From: Deltaproteobacteria bacterium
GTDB lineage: Bacteria > UBA10199 > JACPAL01
Reading direction: 5' to 3'
NCBI GenBank assembly: GCA_016180845.1
Contig: JACPAK010000001.1
Coordinates: 425,497-489,496 of the forward strand
Length of the DNA: 64,000 nucleotides
Every line of letters begins with the position of its first letter. Positions within the stretch are counted from its first letter, which is position 1. Below are positions 1 through 10,755 of this stretch, one piece after another. The position numbers were made by a program, and so were the translations under genes. The notes under the pieces are model-generated. The model saw nothing but the letters and a program-made list of their open reading frames with translations, was not told the origin of the DNA and made no database searches.

Positions 1-330
1 TTCGGGCTTCCGCTCTGTAAACACCAAACGATCGCCTTTAAATTGGCCGATATGGCGACGGAGATCGAGCTGGCCCGAACCTTTCTCTATAGGGCCTGTT
101 GGTTGAAGGACCAAGGCCAGCCTTTTAAGAAGGAGGCGGCGATGGCGAAACTCTACGCCTCCGAGATGATGGGGAGGGTCGCCGATGCCGCCGTTCAGAT
201 CCATGGCGGCTATGGGTTGATGGAAGAATATCCCGTTGCCAAATTTTACAGAGACCAACGCCTGCTCGAGATCGGCGAAGGGACCTCTGAAGTCCAGAGA
301 ATGGTGATCTCGAGGCAGATTGGGTGTTAA
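1..330 (+). CDS. acyl-CoA dehydrogenase, C-terminal fragment (5' end outside window)
   Basis: Frame 1 is open from nt 1. The translation ...FKLADMATEIELAR...QIHGGYG...YRDQRLLEIGEGTSEVQ matches the conserved ACAD C-terminal domain. Confidence 0.85.
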   Translation, partial: FGLPLCKHQTIAFKLADMATEIELARTFLYRACWLKDQGQPFKKEAAMAKLYASEMMGRVADAAVQIHGGYGLMEEYPVAKFYRDQRLLEIGEGTSEVQRMVISRQIGC

Positions 331-331
331 T

Positions 332-1099
332 ATGATCGTCACCTGGCTCGCGACAAAACTCCTTTTTTTCCCGATCAAATCGATTTCTTTCTATCCTTCA
401 CAGATGGAAACCCCCTACGAAGAGGTCCGATTTAAAAATGACGAAGGGCTTTTGCTTCATGGTTGGTTCTTTCCTGGGACAAAACCGGATCGCACGCTCC
501 TTTTTCTCCATGGAAACGCCGGAAATATTGGCGATCGGCTGGATCATATCAAACAGCTCCTGAAGATCGGTTGGAATATCTTTATCTTCGATTACCGAGG
601 ATATGGTGGCAGTGAAGGGAGTCCCTCGATCGAAGGATTACAGAAAGACACCGACGCCGCCTATCGGTGGCTCGTCTCGGGGAAGGAAGGGACCAAATTC
701 CTCCCCGAACAGATCGTTGTCTGGGGGGAGTCCCTCGGTGGAGCTTACGCAACCGATCTTGCCACACGAGAACCACTACGTGCCTTGATCCTGCAGAGCA
801 CCTTTACAAGTTTGCATGATATTGCCCAAACCCATTACCCCTTTATCCCCAAACCGATTGTTCCGGATATCTATCGATCGATCGACAAGGTTCGAAAGAT
901 CCGGAGTCCGCTGCTCGTGATCCATGGCACCTCCGATGAGACTGTCCCTTTCTGGATGGGGAAAAAACTCTTTGAATCCGCCCCACATCCGAAGAGATTC
1001 TATGAAGTGAAGGAGGCACTCCATAATAATGGGTATGAAATTGGCAAGAAAGAATATCTCAGTCAGATCGAGGTATTCTTAAATGAGGCGGGGTTTTAG
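332..1099 (+). CDS. alpha/beta-fold hydrolase
   Basis: Contains an HGNAGN oxyanion-type motif, a GESLGG nucleophile elbow and a late HG.SD..VP / H motif. ATG 332 follows the upstream TAA directly; the track's TTG 320 is an alternative start. Confidence 0.8.
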   Translation: MIVTWLATKLLFFPIKSISFYPSQMETPYEEVRFKNDEGLLLHGWFFPGTKPDRTLLFLHGNAGNIGDRLDHIKQLLKIGWNIFIFDYRGYGGSEGSPSIEGLQKDTDAAYRWLVSGKEGTKFLPEQIVVWGESLGGAYATDLATREPLRALILQSTFTSLHDIAQTHYPFIPKPIVPDIYRSIDKVRKIRSPLLVIHGTSDETVPFWMGKKLFESAPHPKRFYEVKEALHNNGYEIGKKEYLSQIEVFLNEAGF

Positions 1100-1103
1100 G
1101 ACA

Positions 1104-1940
1104 ATGTTCAAGGTCGACAGTTTTGGTCCCACAAAAAGACTCACAATGGCCCGCAGTTTTTCGGGAAAGGCCTATTTTCATTGCCATGCCTATCTCATCG
1201 ACCAGTTATTGATTGACACCGGATGCCCCTGTGCTTCCAAACCATTTCAATCTTTTCTCGATAACGAGAACATCTCACAGGCAGCCGTCACCCATTATCA
1301 TGAGGATCATGCGGGGAATGTGATCAGCCTGAACCTCTCCGGGATTCCGGTGCTCGCCCCCTCCTCCAGCGTCAAGAAGATCGCACGCGGGGTTGTGAAT
1401 CAGCTCAGCAAGTCACAGTTGTATGCGCTCCTCGCGTGGGGGAAAAGCTGGGGTGGGATGAGTGAGCCTCTGCCCAAAAAAATTGAGACAGCACATCACA
1501 CCTTTGAAGTGATCTCGATGCCGGGCCACTCCGAGGATATGCATGTTTTTTATGTCCCGAGCGAGGGGTGGCTTTTCTCCGGCGACCTCTTCATCGCCGC
1601 ACGGAGAAGTTATTGGAGGCGAGAAGAAGATCCCCTCAAAACAATGACCAGCCTACGCCAGGCGCTGGCACTTGATTTCGACTCTCTCTTCTGTGGGCAT
1701 GCCCCCATTCTGAAAAATGGAAAGGAAGCGTTGAAGAAAAAATTGGAGTTTATGGAAGAGACCCAGCAGAAGGCAATCAAACTTAAAGATGAAGGTCTTT
1801 CGATCTCCCAAATAATCAAAAAACTCTTCGGGGGCGAAAAGCTTGTCCCGGTGGTGACCCTGGGTGATTTTTCAAGACAACGGTTTATTGAGGGGCTCTT
1901 GGCTCAGCCTTCGACCGAATCGGCAAAGACCGTTACCTGA
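1104..1940 (+). CDS. MBL-fold metallo-hydrolase
   Basis: Carries the metallo-beta-lactamase signature HYHEDHAGN (HxHxDH). Start is ATG 1104 or ATG 1083. Confidence 0.75.
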   Translation: MFKVDSFGPTKRLTMARSFSGKAYFHCHAYLIDQLLIDTGCPCASKPFQSFLDNENISQAAVTHYHEDHAGNVISLNLSGIPVLAPSSSVKKIARGVVNQLSKSQLYALLAWGKSWGGMSEPLPKKIETAHHTFEVISMPGHSEDMHVFYVPSEGWLFSGDLFIAARRSYWRREEDPLKTMTSLRQALALDFDSLFCGHAPILKNGKEALKKKLEFMEETQQKAIKLKDEGLSISQIIKKLFGGEKLVPVVTLGDFSRQRFIEGLLAQPSTESAKTVT

Positions 1941-2158
1941 TTTTCGCGTACCTCACAAAAACCACCTGAGATCTGAAACGATTTTGATGAATTTTGTTTT
2001 TTGTACGTGAGGGTCCCCTGCCCCAAGGCGGTCAGGAATGTCGTGTGTTCGGGCAGGACGCCGAACTCCCCTGCGATCCCAGGGATCACCACCTCATCCA
2101 CCTCTTCAGAGGCGACTGCCTTTTCAGGGGTTACAATGGTTAGTTTCAATTTTGACAA
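1904..2158 (-). CDS. atpC: F0F1 ATP synthase subunit epsilon, short form (beta-sandwich only)
   Basis: 84 aa with a TTG start preceded by GGAGAGGGG. IVTPEK...IPGIAGEFGVLPEHTTFLTAL...GGFCEVRENQVTVFAD is typical of the epsilon N-domain. It is the last gene of the atp operon. Confidence 0.75.
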   Translation of the reverse strand: MSKLKLTIVTPEKAVASEEVDEVVIPGIAGEFGVLPEHTTFLTALGQGTLTYKKQNSSKSFQISGGFCEVRENQVTVFADSVEG

Positions 2159-2193
2159 AATCCCCTCTCCTCTTCTTGCATCTTTTCCCGATG

Positions 2194-2214
2194 CCCCCCT
2201 TTGTCAAAGGGGGG
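2194..2214. repeat. GC-rich palindromic element CCCCCCTTTGTCAAAGGGGGG (family B) in the atpD-atpC spacer
   Basis: 9-bp stem with a 3-nt loop. The identical 21-mer occurs at 34430-34450. It is followed by CCCCGC-N17-GCGGGG and GGGGGGATTTTTTT. Confidence 0.75.
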
Positions 2215-2251
2215 CCCCGCACATTTTTGAATCAATTGCGGGGGGATTTTT

Positions 2252-4581
<2,330 letters not shown>

Positions 4582-4583
4582 AA

Positions 4584-6092
4584 CTACGGGACAAAATGTC
4601 CCTTAAATTCCTCGAGCGCCTTGCGGATCTTGTCCTTCAAAGGGTCATCAAGCTGTTTCTTGTCATTCAATTCCTTTTCAACTTCCGGATGCTTCGTCTC
4701 CATGAAGAGGGTCATTTCATGAAGATACTTCTGAATCTTCTCAACAGGGCATTCATCCACAAATCCTTGAGTTGCTGCAAAGACTTGTAAGACCTGTCTT
4801 GTGACCGGCATTGGCTGATATTGCCCCTGCTTCAAGATCTCCACCAATCTCTCTCCACGAGCGAGTTGGGCCTGTGTCGCCTTGTCCAGATCGCTTCCAA
4901 ACTGGGCAAACGCCGCCAGCTCCCGATACTGGGCGAGCTCGAGTCGGAGGGTGCCTGCCACCTGTTTCATCGCCTTGATCTGGGCATTTCCCCCAACGCG
5001 GGAGACCGAGAGGCCGACGTTTACCGCCGGACGAACACCGGCGTAGAAGAGGTCTGTCTCGAGATAAATCTGACCATCCGTGATGGAAATGACATTCGTC
5101 GGGATATAGGCCGAGACGTCGCCCGCCTGTGTTTCGATAATCGGAAGGGCGGTGAGTGAGCCTCCCCCCTGCTCCTTGGACATCTTTGCGGCACGTTCAA
5201 GAAGTCGTGAGTGGAGATAGAAGACATCCCCGGGGAACGCCTCGCGTCCCGGAGGTCGTCTTAAAATAAGGGAAAGCTGGCGGTAGGCAACAGCATGTTT
5301 TGAGAGGTCATCATAAATGACGAGGGCATGCTGGCCGTTGTCACGCCAGTATTCTGCCATGGTACAACCAGAATAGGGGGCCAGAAATTGAAGTGGGGCC
5401 GGGTCGGAGGCGTTCGCCGTCATAACAGTCGTATAGTCCATCGCCCCTTCACTCTTCAGTTTGTCTACGACCAAGGCGACGGTTGATTGCTTCTGCCCGA
5501 TCGCGATGTAGAAACAATGAACGCCTTGTCCCTTTTGGTTGATAATCGTGTCGATGGCGATCGCTGTTTTTCCTGTCTGCCGATCACCAATGATCAATTC
5601 TCTTTGACCACGACCGATCGGAATCATCGAGTCGATCGCCTTCATCCCGGTCTGAAGCGGCTCCCGAACACTTTGTCGATAAACGATACCCGGCGCTTTC
5701 ACCTCAATCTTTCGTCGCTCCTTGGTCTCCACCGGCCCAAGCCCGTCGATCGGTTCTCCGAGGGCGTTCAGGACGCGCCCGACAAGCGACTTCCCGACCG
5801 GGACATCGGCAATACGACCGGTACGACGGACGGTATCCCCTTCACGGATCGCAACATCATGTCCCATGATCGCGACACCGACGTTGTCTTCTTCGAGATT
5901 CAGAACGATTCCGCGAATCCCTTCCTTGAAATCAACAAGCTCCCCTGCCATTGCATTTTCAAGTCCGTAGACCCGCGCGATCCCGTCTCCAATAGAAAGA
6001 ACAGTCCCCACTTCGGCGACTTCAAGTTTTTTTCCATAATCCTTGATCTGCTTCTTGATAATATTACTGATCTCTTCCGCCTTAATTTCCAT
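4584..6092 (-). CDS. atpA: F0F1 ATP synthase subunit alpha
   Basis: Walker A GDRQTGKT and alpha-subunit similarity throughout its 502 aa. Confidence 0.95.
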   Translation of the reverse strand: MEIKAEEISNIIKKQIKDYGKKLEVAEVGTVLSIGDGIARVYGLENAMAGELVDFKEGIRGIVLNLEEDNVGVAIMGHDVAIREGDTVRRTGRIADVPVGKSLVGRVLNALGEPIDGLGPVETKERRKIEVKAPGIVYRQSVREPLQTGMKAIDSMIPIGRGQRELIIGDRQTGKTAIAIDTIINQKGQGVHCFYIAIGQKQSTVALVVDKLKSEGAMDYTTVMTANASDPAPLQFLAPYSGCTMAEYWRDNGQHALVIYDDLSKHAVAYRQLSLILRRPPGREAFPGDVFYLHSRLLERAAKMSKEQGGGSLTALPIIETQAGDVSAYIPTNVISITDGQIYLETDLFYAGVRPAVNVGLSVSRVGGNAQIKAMKQVAGTLRLELAQYRELAAFAQFGSDLDKATQAQLARGERLVEILKQGQYQPMPVTRQVLQVFAATQGFVDECPVEKIQKYLHEMTLFMETKHPEVEKELNDKKQLDDPLKDKIRKALEEFKGHFVP

Positions 6093-6107
6093 ATTTTTGA
6101 CTCCTTA

Positions 6108-6662
6108 TTAGGGACTTGGAGAGCCCTGTATCATCCTCTCCTGAATTTTTTCCAGTTCTCTTTTGACAGAGCCATCATAGATAGTATGCCCGATTTTTAA
6201 AACCACACCTCCGATTAAATCGCGATCCTCCTTGGATTTAGCGATCACCTTTTTCCCCATCCGATCACTCAGCGCCTTTTCAATCGAAGACAAGAGCGAT
6301 TTCGAGGGTTCCACTGCTGAAAGAACCCCAACGCGAACAATCCCTAATCGCTCATCCCTCATTTTCGAAAATTCCCGGGCGATCTCCGGCAAGGAACCGA
6401 TCCTCCCCTTCTCCACAAGCAGAAACAAAAAGTTTCGGAGCAAAACGGGCGGAGAGATTTTCCCCAAAATCTCCTCCATCGCCTTCAATCTTTCGCCAAG
6501 CGGGAAGGAGCGATCCGAAAGTGTCTCCAATACCCCCTTCGCTTCGGCCATCGCAACCGCCATTTTTTCGATCACCTCGCCACAAGACTCGATCTCTCCT
6601 GCTTCTTCGGTGACAGAGAGAAAGGCTCGGGCATATCGTCTGGCCAAGGAACCTGAAATCAT
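6108..6662 (-). CDS. atpH: F0F1 ATP synthase subunit delta (OSCP)
   Basis: 184 aa with an ARRYARAF N-terminal motif and a G.R.....IYDGSV...L C-terminus. It sits between b and alpha. Confidence 0.85.
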   Translation of the reverse strand: MISGSLARRYARAFLSVTEEAGEIESCGEVIEKMAVAMAEAKGVLETLSDRSFPLGERLKAMEEILGKISPPVLLRNFLFLLVEKGRIGSLPEIAREFSKMRDERLGIVRVGVLSAVEPSKSLLSSIEKALSDRMGKKVIAKSKEDRDLIGGVVLKIGHTIYDGSVKRELEKIQERMIQGSPSP

Positions 6663-7147
6663 GTTCGAACCTCCAGCTCTTTAACAAATTTTTCCGACAG
6701 TCTCTTCTGATCCTCATCCTGGATCTGGTCACGAATCTGGCGTTCAGCCATCTGAACTGAAAGATCGACAAGTTCCCGTTTTAATTGTTCCTTGGTCTTT
6801 TGTAATTCCTGCTGGACGATCCTCTTAGAGTCCCGTTTTAACCTTTCCGCATAATCCTTCGAGTCGGAGAGAATTTTTCCCTTCTCCTTTTCCCCTTCCT
6901 CTTTCAGTGCGCGAATAAGCGCCTGGATCTCATCATCAAGCCCTTTGATCCGACTCTCCATTTCGAGCACTTTTTTGCCGGCTTCCTGACGGAGCCGCCG
7001 CGCCTCTTCTATATTGAAGGAGATCTGATGGGCTCGAGTCCGCCAAAACTCGGCGACAGGCTTTCTCAGGACCGCAAAGAGCAAGGAGACAAAGATGAAA
7101 AAATTAAGAAGCTTCCAATGCATCCCGCTGGCAAGAAATTCTCCCAT
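6659..7147 (-). CDS. atpF: F0F1 ATP synthase subunit b
   Basis: One N-terminal TM helix followed by a long charged coiled coil. It overlaps atpH by 4 nt. Confidence 0.8.
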   Translation of the reverse strand: MGEFLASGMHWKLLNFFIFVSLLFAVLRKPVAEFWRTRAHQISFNIEEARRLRQEAGKKVLEMESRIKGLDDEIQALIRALKEEGEKEKGKILSDSKDYAERLKRDSKRIVQQELQKTKEQLKRELVDLSVQMAERQIRDQIQDEDQKRLSEKFVKELEVRT

Positions 7148-7150
7148 CCC

Positions 7151-7579
7151 TTAGACCCCTTTCTCTAAAACCTTACTTGCAATTTCACGCCCCAACTCCT
7201 GGGCATGCTGTTTGAGTTGCAAAGAAATACTTCGTGCCTGCCGATCGAGATCGGTACGTGCCTTTTCCATCTCCTTTTCGATCTCTTGTCGAACAGAATG
7301 GATCACCTCTCGACTTGCTGTTTCTGCCTCCTGAAGCAGGCGCTCCTTTTCAAGGGCCCCAGTCCTTCTCCCCTCTTCCAGCCTCTTGTCACACTGGGCC
7401 ACAAGCGTTTCAATTCGTTGATTCAGTTGCTCGACCCTTTCCCTCTCGCCAGACGTTCGATCCTTTCTCTGCTGAATCAAATGGAGAACGGGACGAAAAA
7501 CACCAAAGTGCAGCGCAAACAGCGCTGTCATAAAAAGTAGCCACTGAAAAATCACCGTCTGATTAGGAAACAGATCCAT
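7151..7579 (-). CDS. F0F1 ATP synthase subunit b' (second b-type subunit)
   Basis: Same architecture as subunit b (TM helix plus coiled coil), immediately upstream of it. Start is ATG 7579 or TTG 7588. Confidence 0.7.
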   Translation of the reverse strand: MDLFPNQTVIFQWLLFMTALFALHFGVFRPVLHLIQQRKDRTSGERERVEQLNQRIETLVAQCDKRLEEGRRTGALEKERLLQEAETASREVIHSVRQEIEKEMEKARTDLDRQARSISLQLKQHAQELGREIASKVLEKGV

Positions 7580-7590
7580 AAAAAACAAAA

Positions 7591-7624
7591 AATGCCCGAA
7601 GGAACATCCTCTCCCCCAGGCATT
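7591..7624 (-). terminator. candidate intrinsic terminator after the bactofilin gene
   Basis: AATGCC...GGCATT outer stem with an inner AGGA/TCCT stem, followed on the minus strand by TTTTTTGTTTTT. The loop is long, so this is a weak call. Confidence 0.3.
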
Positions 7625-7647
7625 CTCCCTTTTAAAAAAAAACTTAT

Positions 7648-8070
7648 TTAGTTTGCAACCTGCTTTTCAGGTTCAATCTTGTGAAGAGTGGCTCCCTTGC
7701 CCATTGAACAACTCCCCTCAAAAACAACCCCTTCATCGATCACGAGGGTCTGGGCGCGGATATCACACTTGACCACGGCCGGGGCATGCATCTCAATCCT
7801 GTCGATCGCCTGGATGCTCCCACTCACCTCACCATGAATCATGATGCTCCCCACATCTATTTTGGCATCCAAGATCGCCCCCTCACCGACAACGAGGGTC
7901 CCTTCAGAGAAGATTTCCCCGTTAAATTTCCCGTTGATCCGAACGGTCCCATCGAAGGTCAGCTTCCCTTCGAATTCACACCCTTTCTCAAGAAGACCGC
8001 TAATCGGCCCCCGACCAGAAGCCTCCCCCACTGAGCTCTTTTCTCCAAACATATTGCCTCCTTTTTTCAT
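7648..8070 (-). CDS. bactofilin (DUF583) cytoskeletal protein
   Basis: 140 aa of repetitive beta-helix sequence (G.L.F.G.VRI.G...G.I...G.L.VGE.A...A.I....I.I.G.V.G.I.A). It overlaps parB through ATGA. Confidence 0.85.
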   Translation of the reverse strand: MKKGGNMFGEKSSVGEASGRGPISGLLEKGCEFEGKLTFDGTVRINGKFNGEIFSEGTLVVGEGAILDAKIDVGSIMIHGEVSGSIQAIDRIEMHAPAVVKCDIRAQTLVIDEGVVFEGSCSMGKGATLHKIEPEKQVAN

Positions 8071-8957
8071 GAAACACTCCTGACAATGATTTTATGGATA
8101 CGGTCTAAATCGCCTTCTGAATAATAATCAATAAGAATCTTGCCGTAAAATTTACCTTTTTTACGCCTTGCCGGAACAATTTGGATCTGAGTGCCCAAGA
8201 TACGCCTCATCTCATCAAGGATTCCTGAAAGAGAGGCTGGAAGTGGAACAATCCGCCCCTTCCCCCTTCCAAGATAATTCCTCTGGTTTGTTATCCTTCT
8301 CTCCAGTTCGCGAACAGACCACCCCTCTCCGATGACCTTGTCCAGGAAGTAAAGTTGTTTCTCAATCTCAGGAACCGCCAAAAGCGCCCTCGCATGCCCC
8401 ATCGTTACCTGACCTGCCTTGAGGGCCTCTTTTATCTTGATCGGCAGTTTCAGGAGGCGGAGGAGATTGGCGACCGTCGACCGATCACGGCCGATCCGAT
8501 CAGCGACCCCCTCCTGCGTATAACCAAACTGCTCCATCAAGAGACTATAGGTCGCCGCCTCTTCAACAGGATCGAGATCTTCACGATGAATGTTCTCGAT
8601 CAGGGCGAGCTCCAGCTTTTCAGCCCCATCGGCTTGTCGGATCACCACCGGGACCTCCTGAAGTCCCGCAATCTTCGCAGCCCGCAATCTCCTTTCCCCA
8701 GAGATCAACTCGTATCCGTTACCTCGCTCCGAAACAATCAAGGGGACCAGAATCCCTTTGGATTGAATTGAGGCGGCAAGTTCTTGAATCGTCTCATCAC
8801 GAAAGGTCTTGCGAGGTTGAGAGGGATTCGGACGGATCCTCTCGAGGGAGACCATACGAATGACTGTCCCCTCCCCCTTTTCCTGAGGGGAAATCTCTAC
8901 CTCAGGCTTTGACGAAATGAGGGCTGCAAGCCCCCGACCAAGCGCCTTTCTTTCCAT
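8067..8957 (-). CDS. parB: chromosome partitioning protein ParB
   Basis: N-terminal LGRGLAALI, the GERRLRAA box and an HTH region. Confidence 0.9.
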   Translation of the reverse strand: MERKALGRGLAALISSKPEVEISPQEKGEGTVIRMVSLERIRPNPSQPRKTFRDETIQELAASIQSKGILVPLIVSERGNGYELISGERRLRAAKIAGLQEVPVVIRQADGAEKLELALIENIHREDLDPVEEAATYSLLMEQFGYTQEGVADRIGRDRSTVANLLRLLKLPIKIKEALKAGQVTMGHARALLAVPEIEKQLYFLDKVIGEGWSVRELERRITNQRNYLGRGKGRIVPLPASLSGILDEMRRILGTQIQIVPARRKKGKFYGKILIDYYSEGDLDRIHKIIVRSVS

Positions 8958-9745
8958 TTTTCTTCACCCCCTTCTTCCTTTTCCTTTGTTTTAATTCTCT
9001 CTAAAAATTCGCGAGCAACTTCCTGATAACTTTGAGATCCGGATGAGTACGGATCGTAAAGAATAATCGGCTTCCCATGGCTTGGTGCCTCCGAGAGACG
9101 GACGGATCGAGGGATAACCGTCTTGAAAACCTTTTCAACAAAATGATTTCGAAGATCCGATTCAACCTCCTTCGCGAGATTATTTCTGCGATCATACATC
9201 GTCAGCAAGATGCCGGAGATATCAAGGGCCGGATTTAATTTTTCCCTCACGGCGTCGATCGTTTGGAGGAGATCGGTTAATCCCTCAAGGGCGTAGTACT
9301 CACACTGGACAGGAACGATGATAGAGGTAGCAGCCGCCAGAATGTTGATTGTCAAAAGCCCGAGAGAGGGCGGGGCGTCGATAAAGACAAAGTCATAGTC
9401 CCCCTGAAACGCCTGAAGCGCCTTCTTCAGACGGAACTCTTTTTCAGACATTCCATAGAGATTCGCCTCTGCGGCGACGAGATCCGAGGTTGAGGGGATC
9501 AAGTCGAGATTGGGAAGCGCTGTTTTGACAGGGTTCGGCGGAAAATTATCAATAACAAGATTATAACTATTTGAAATAACTGAGTTTTTTTGAAATCCGA
9601 GGCCGGTTGTGGTGTTGGACTGGGGGTCGAGATCAATCAGGAGGGCGTGTCTTCCTTGATCGGCAACCGAAGCAGCTAAATTAATAGCTGTGGTTGTTTT
9701 ACCAACCCCCCCTTTTTGGTTACAAAAGCCTATAATTTCAATCAT
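8897..9745 (-). CDS. parA: chromosome partitioning ATPase ParA/Soj
   Basis: Deviant Walker A NQKGGVGKTTT. Its C-terminal tail overlaps parB by 61 nt. Confidence 0.9.
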   Translation of the reverse strand: MIEIIGFCNQKGGVGKTTTAINLAASVADQGRHALLIDLDPQSNTTTGLGFQKNSVISNSYNLVIDNFPPNPVKTALPNLDLIPSTSDLVAAEANLYGMSEKEFRLKKALQAFQGDYDFVFIDAPPSLGLLTINILAAATSIIVPVQCEYYALEGLTDLLQTIDAVREKLNPALDISGILLTMYDRRNNLAKEVESDLRNHFVEKVFKTVIPRSVRLSEAPSHGKPIILYDPYSSGSQSYQEVAREFLERIKTKEKEEGGEEKWKERRLVGGLQPSFRQSLR

Positions 9746-9871
9746 TTATTTAATTTTTTGATTTAATAACAAAATTATGCCACTTTTATATGATAAAGCA
9801 ATAAAAATAATGCCCATTAAAAAAACTTTTCGAAGACAACTTGAGCTGGTAGGAGTAACGATAATCTTATT

Positions 9872-10105
9872 ATGAAGGCGATAGGTCTATTTCTTTTTAT
9901 TGTCCTCGCTGGCCTTTATGGTTGCAGCGGTGATGAATCCTTAGAGGACCCAGAGGCATCACAGATTGTCAGTGGGACAAAGTTGATCGAGGAAGATATC
10001 GATCAAGATGGAATCTCCGATGTCGATGATAATTGCCCTTCTGTCTCAAACCCGGACCAGGCTGATCAGGACAGTGATTTGACTGGCGATGCCTGCGACC
10101 AGTAA
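9872..10105 (+). CDS. small lipoprotein with thrombospondin type-3-like Ca-binding repeat
   Basis: Signal peptide with lipobox LYGC. Contains [31 protein letters not shown]. Confidence 0.6.
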   Translation: MKAIGLFLFIVLAGLYGCSGDESLEDPEASQIVSGTKLIEEDIDQDGISDVDDNCPSVSNPDQADQDSDLTGDACDQ

Positions 10106-10116
10106 GTAATTTCCCC

Positions 10117-10755
10117 CTAATTGGTTTTTTTAATAATAATTAAAACCCGTCTCTTTTTTGAATAAGGAAGAAGATATCGGTATTCCTCAATTCGGAGCCC
10201 CTTTAACTCCAATTCTAGCAGCTCCTTCTCAACCTCAGGTCCCTTATACGAGATTATCTGCCCATTTTGGCTGAGGGATGGGCCTGATAGTTTTATGAGG
10301 CTATGAATATCCATTGTTCCACGTGAAACAATCGAATCAAATCGCCCCAAAATCGATCCCTCCTCGAGTCTCATGTTTTTGATGACTACATTTTTAAGAT
10401 TGAGCTGGCGAACCACTTCTCTTAAAAAGTCTGACTTTTTCTTGATCGACTCACAGAGAACTATCTGCACTTCAGGTCGTGCAATAGCCAAGGGGATCCC
10501 TGGAAATCCAGCGCCACTCCCAATGTCGAGGAGGCTCTTTGATTTTTCTAAATAAGGAATTGCTGCTAGGGAATCGATGAAATGTTCTTCAACAACCCTC
10601 ATTGGATCTGTGATGGTGGTGAGATTGATCTTGGAGTTCCATTTAACAAGGAGCTGCAGATAGATCCAAAATGGTTCAAATGGGTAGGATAAGGACCGGA
10701 GCCCATTTTCAAAATAAGACCGAAGCTCTTTTTTTAAATCGTTCGTGAAGATCAA
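10117..10755 (-). CDS. rsmG: 16S rRNA (guanine527-N7)-methyltransferase RsmG
   Basis: SAM motif LDIGSGAGFPGIPLAI, GidB-type length, and position downstream of mnmG. Confidence 0.9.
   Translation of the reverse strand: MIFTNDLKKELRSYFENGLRSLSYPFEPFWIYLQLLVKWNSKINLTTITDPMRVVEEHFIDSLAAIPYLEKSKSLLDIGSGAGFPGIPLAIARPEVQIVLCESIKKKSDFLREVVRQLNLKNVVIKNMRLEEGSILGRFDSIVSRGTMDIHSLIKLSGPSLSQNGQIISYKGPEVEKELLELELKGLRIEEYRYLLPYSKKRRVLIIIKKTN
10315..10330. promoter_or_regulatory. parS centromere-like site TGTTCCACGTGAAACA
   Basis: Perfect match to the 16-bp parS consensus tGTTNCACGTGAAACa. It lies inside rsmG, about 0.6 kb from parA. Confidence 0.75.

Noticed and set aside
5487-6200. 237-aa plus-strand ORF
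   Set aside because: It is antisense to atpA and atpH.
8055-8075. parS-like half site TTTCATGAAACA at the parB/bactofilin junction
   Set aside because: It lacks the central CG and is 2 nt shorter than the consensus TGTTTCACGTGAAACA, so it is not a credible ParB site.
9746-9871. AT-rich region upstream of parA with a TTATGCCAC sequence, considered as DnaA boxes or oriC
   Set aside because: There is only one imperfect box with an inserted base relative to TTATCCACA, no cluster and no dnaA nearby. It is more likely just the parA / lipoprotein divergent promoter region.
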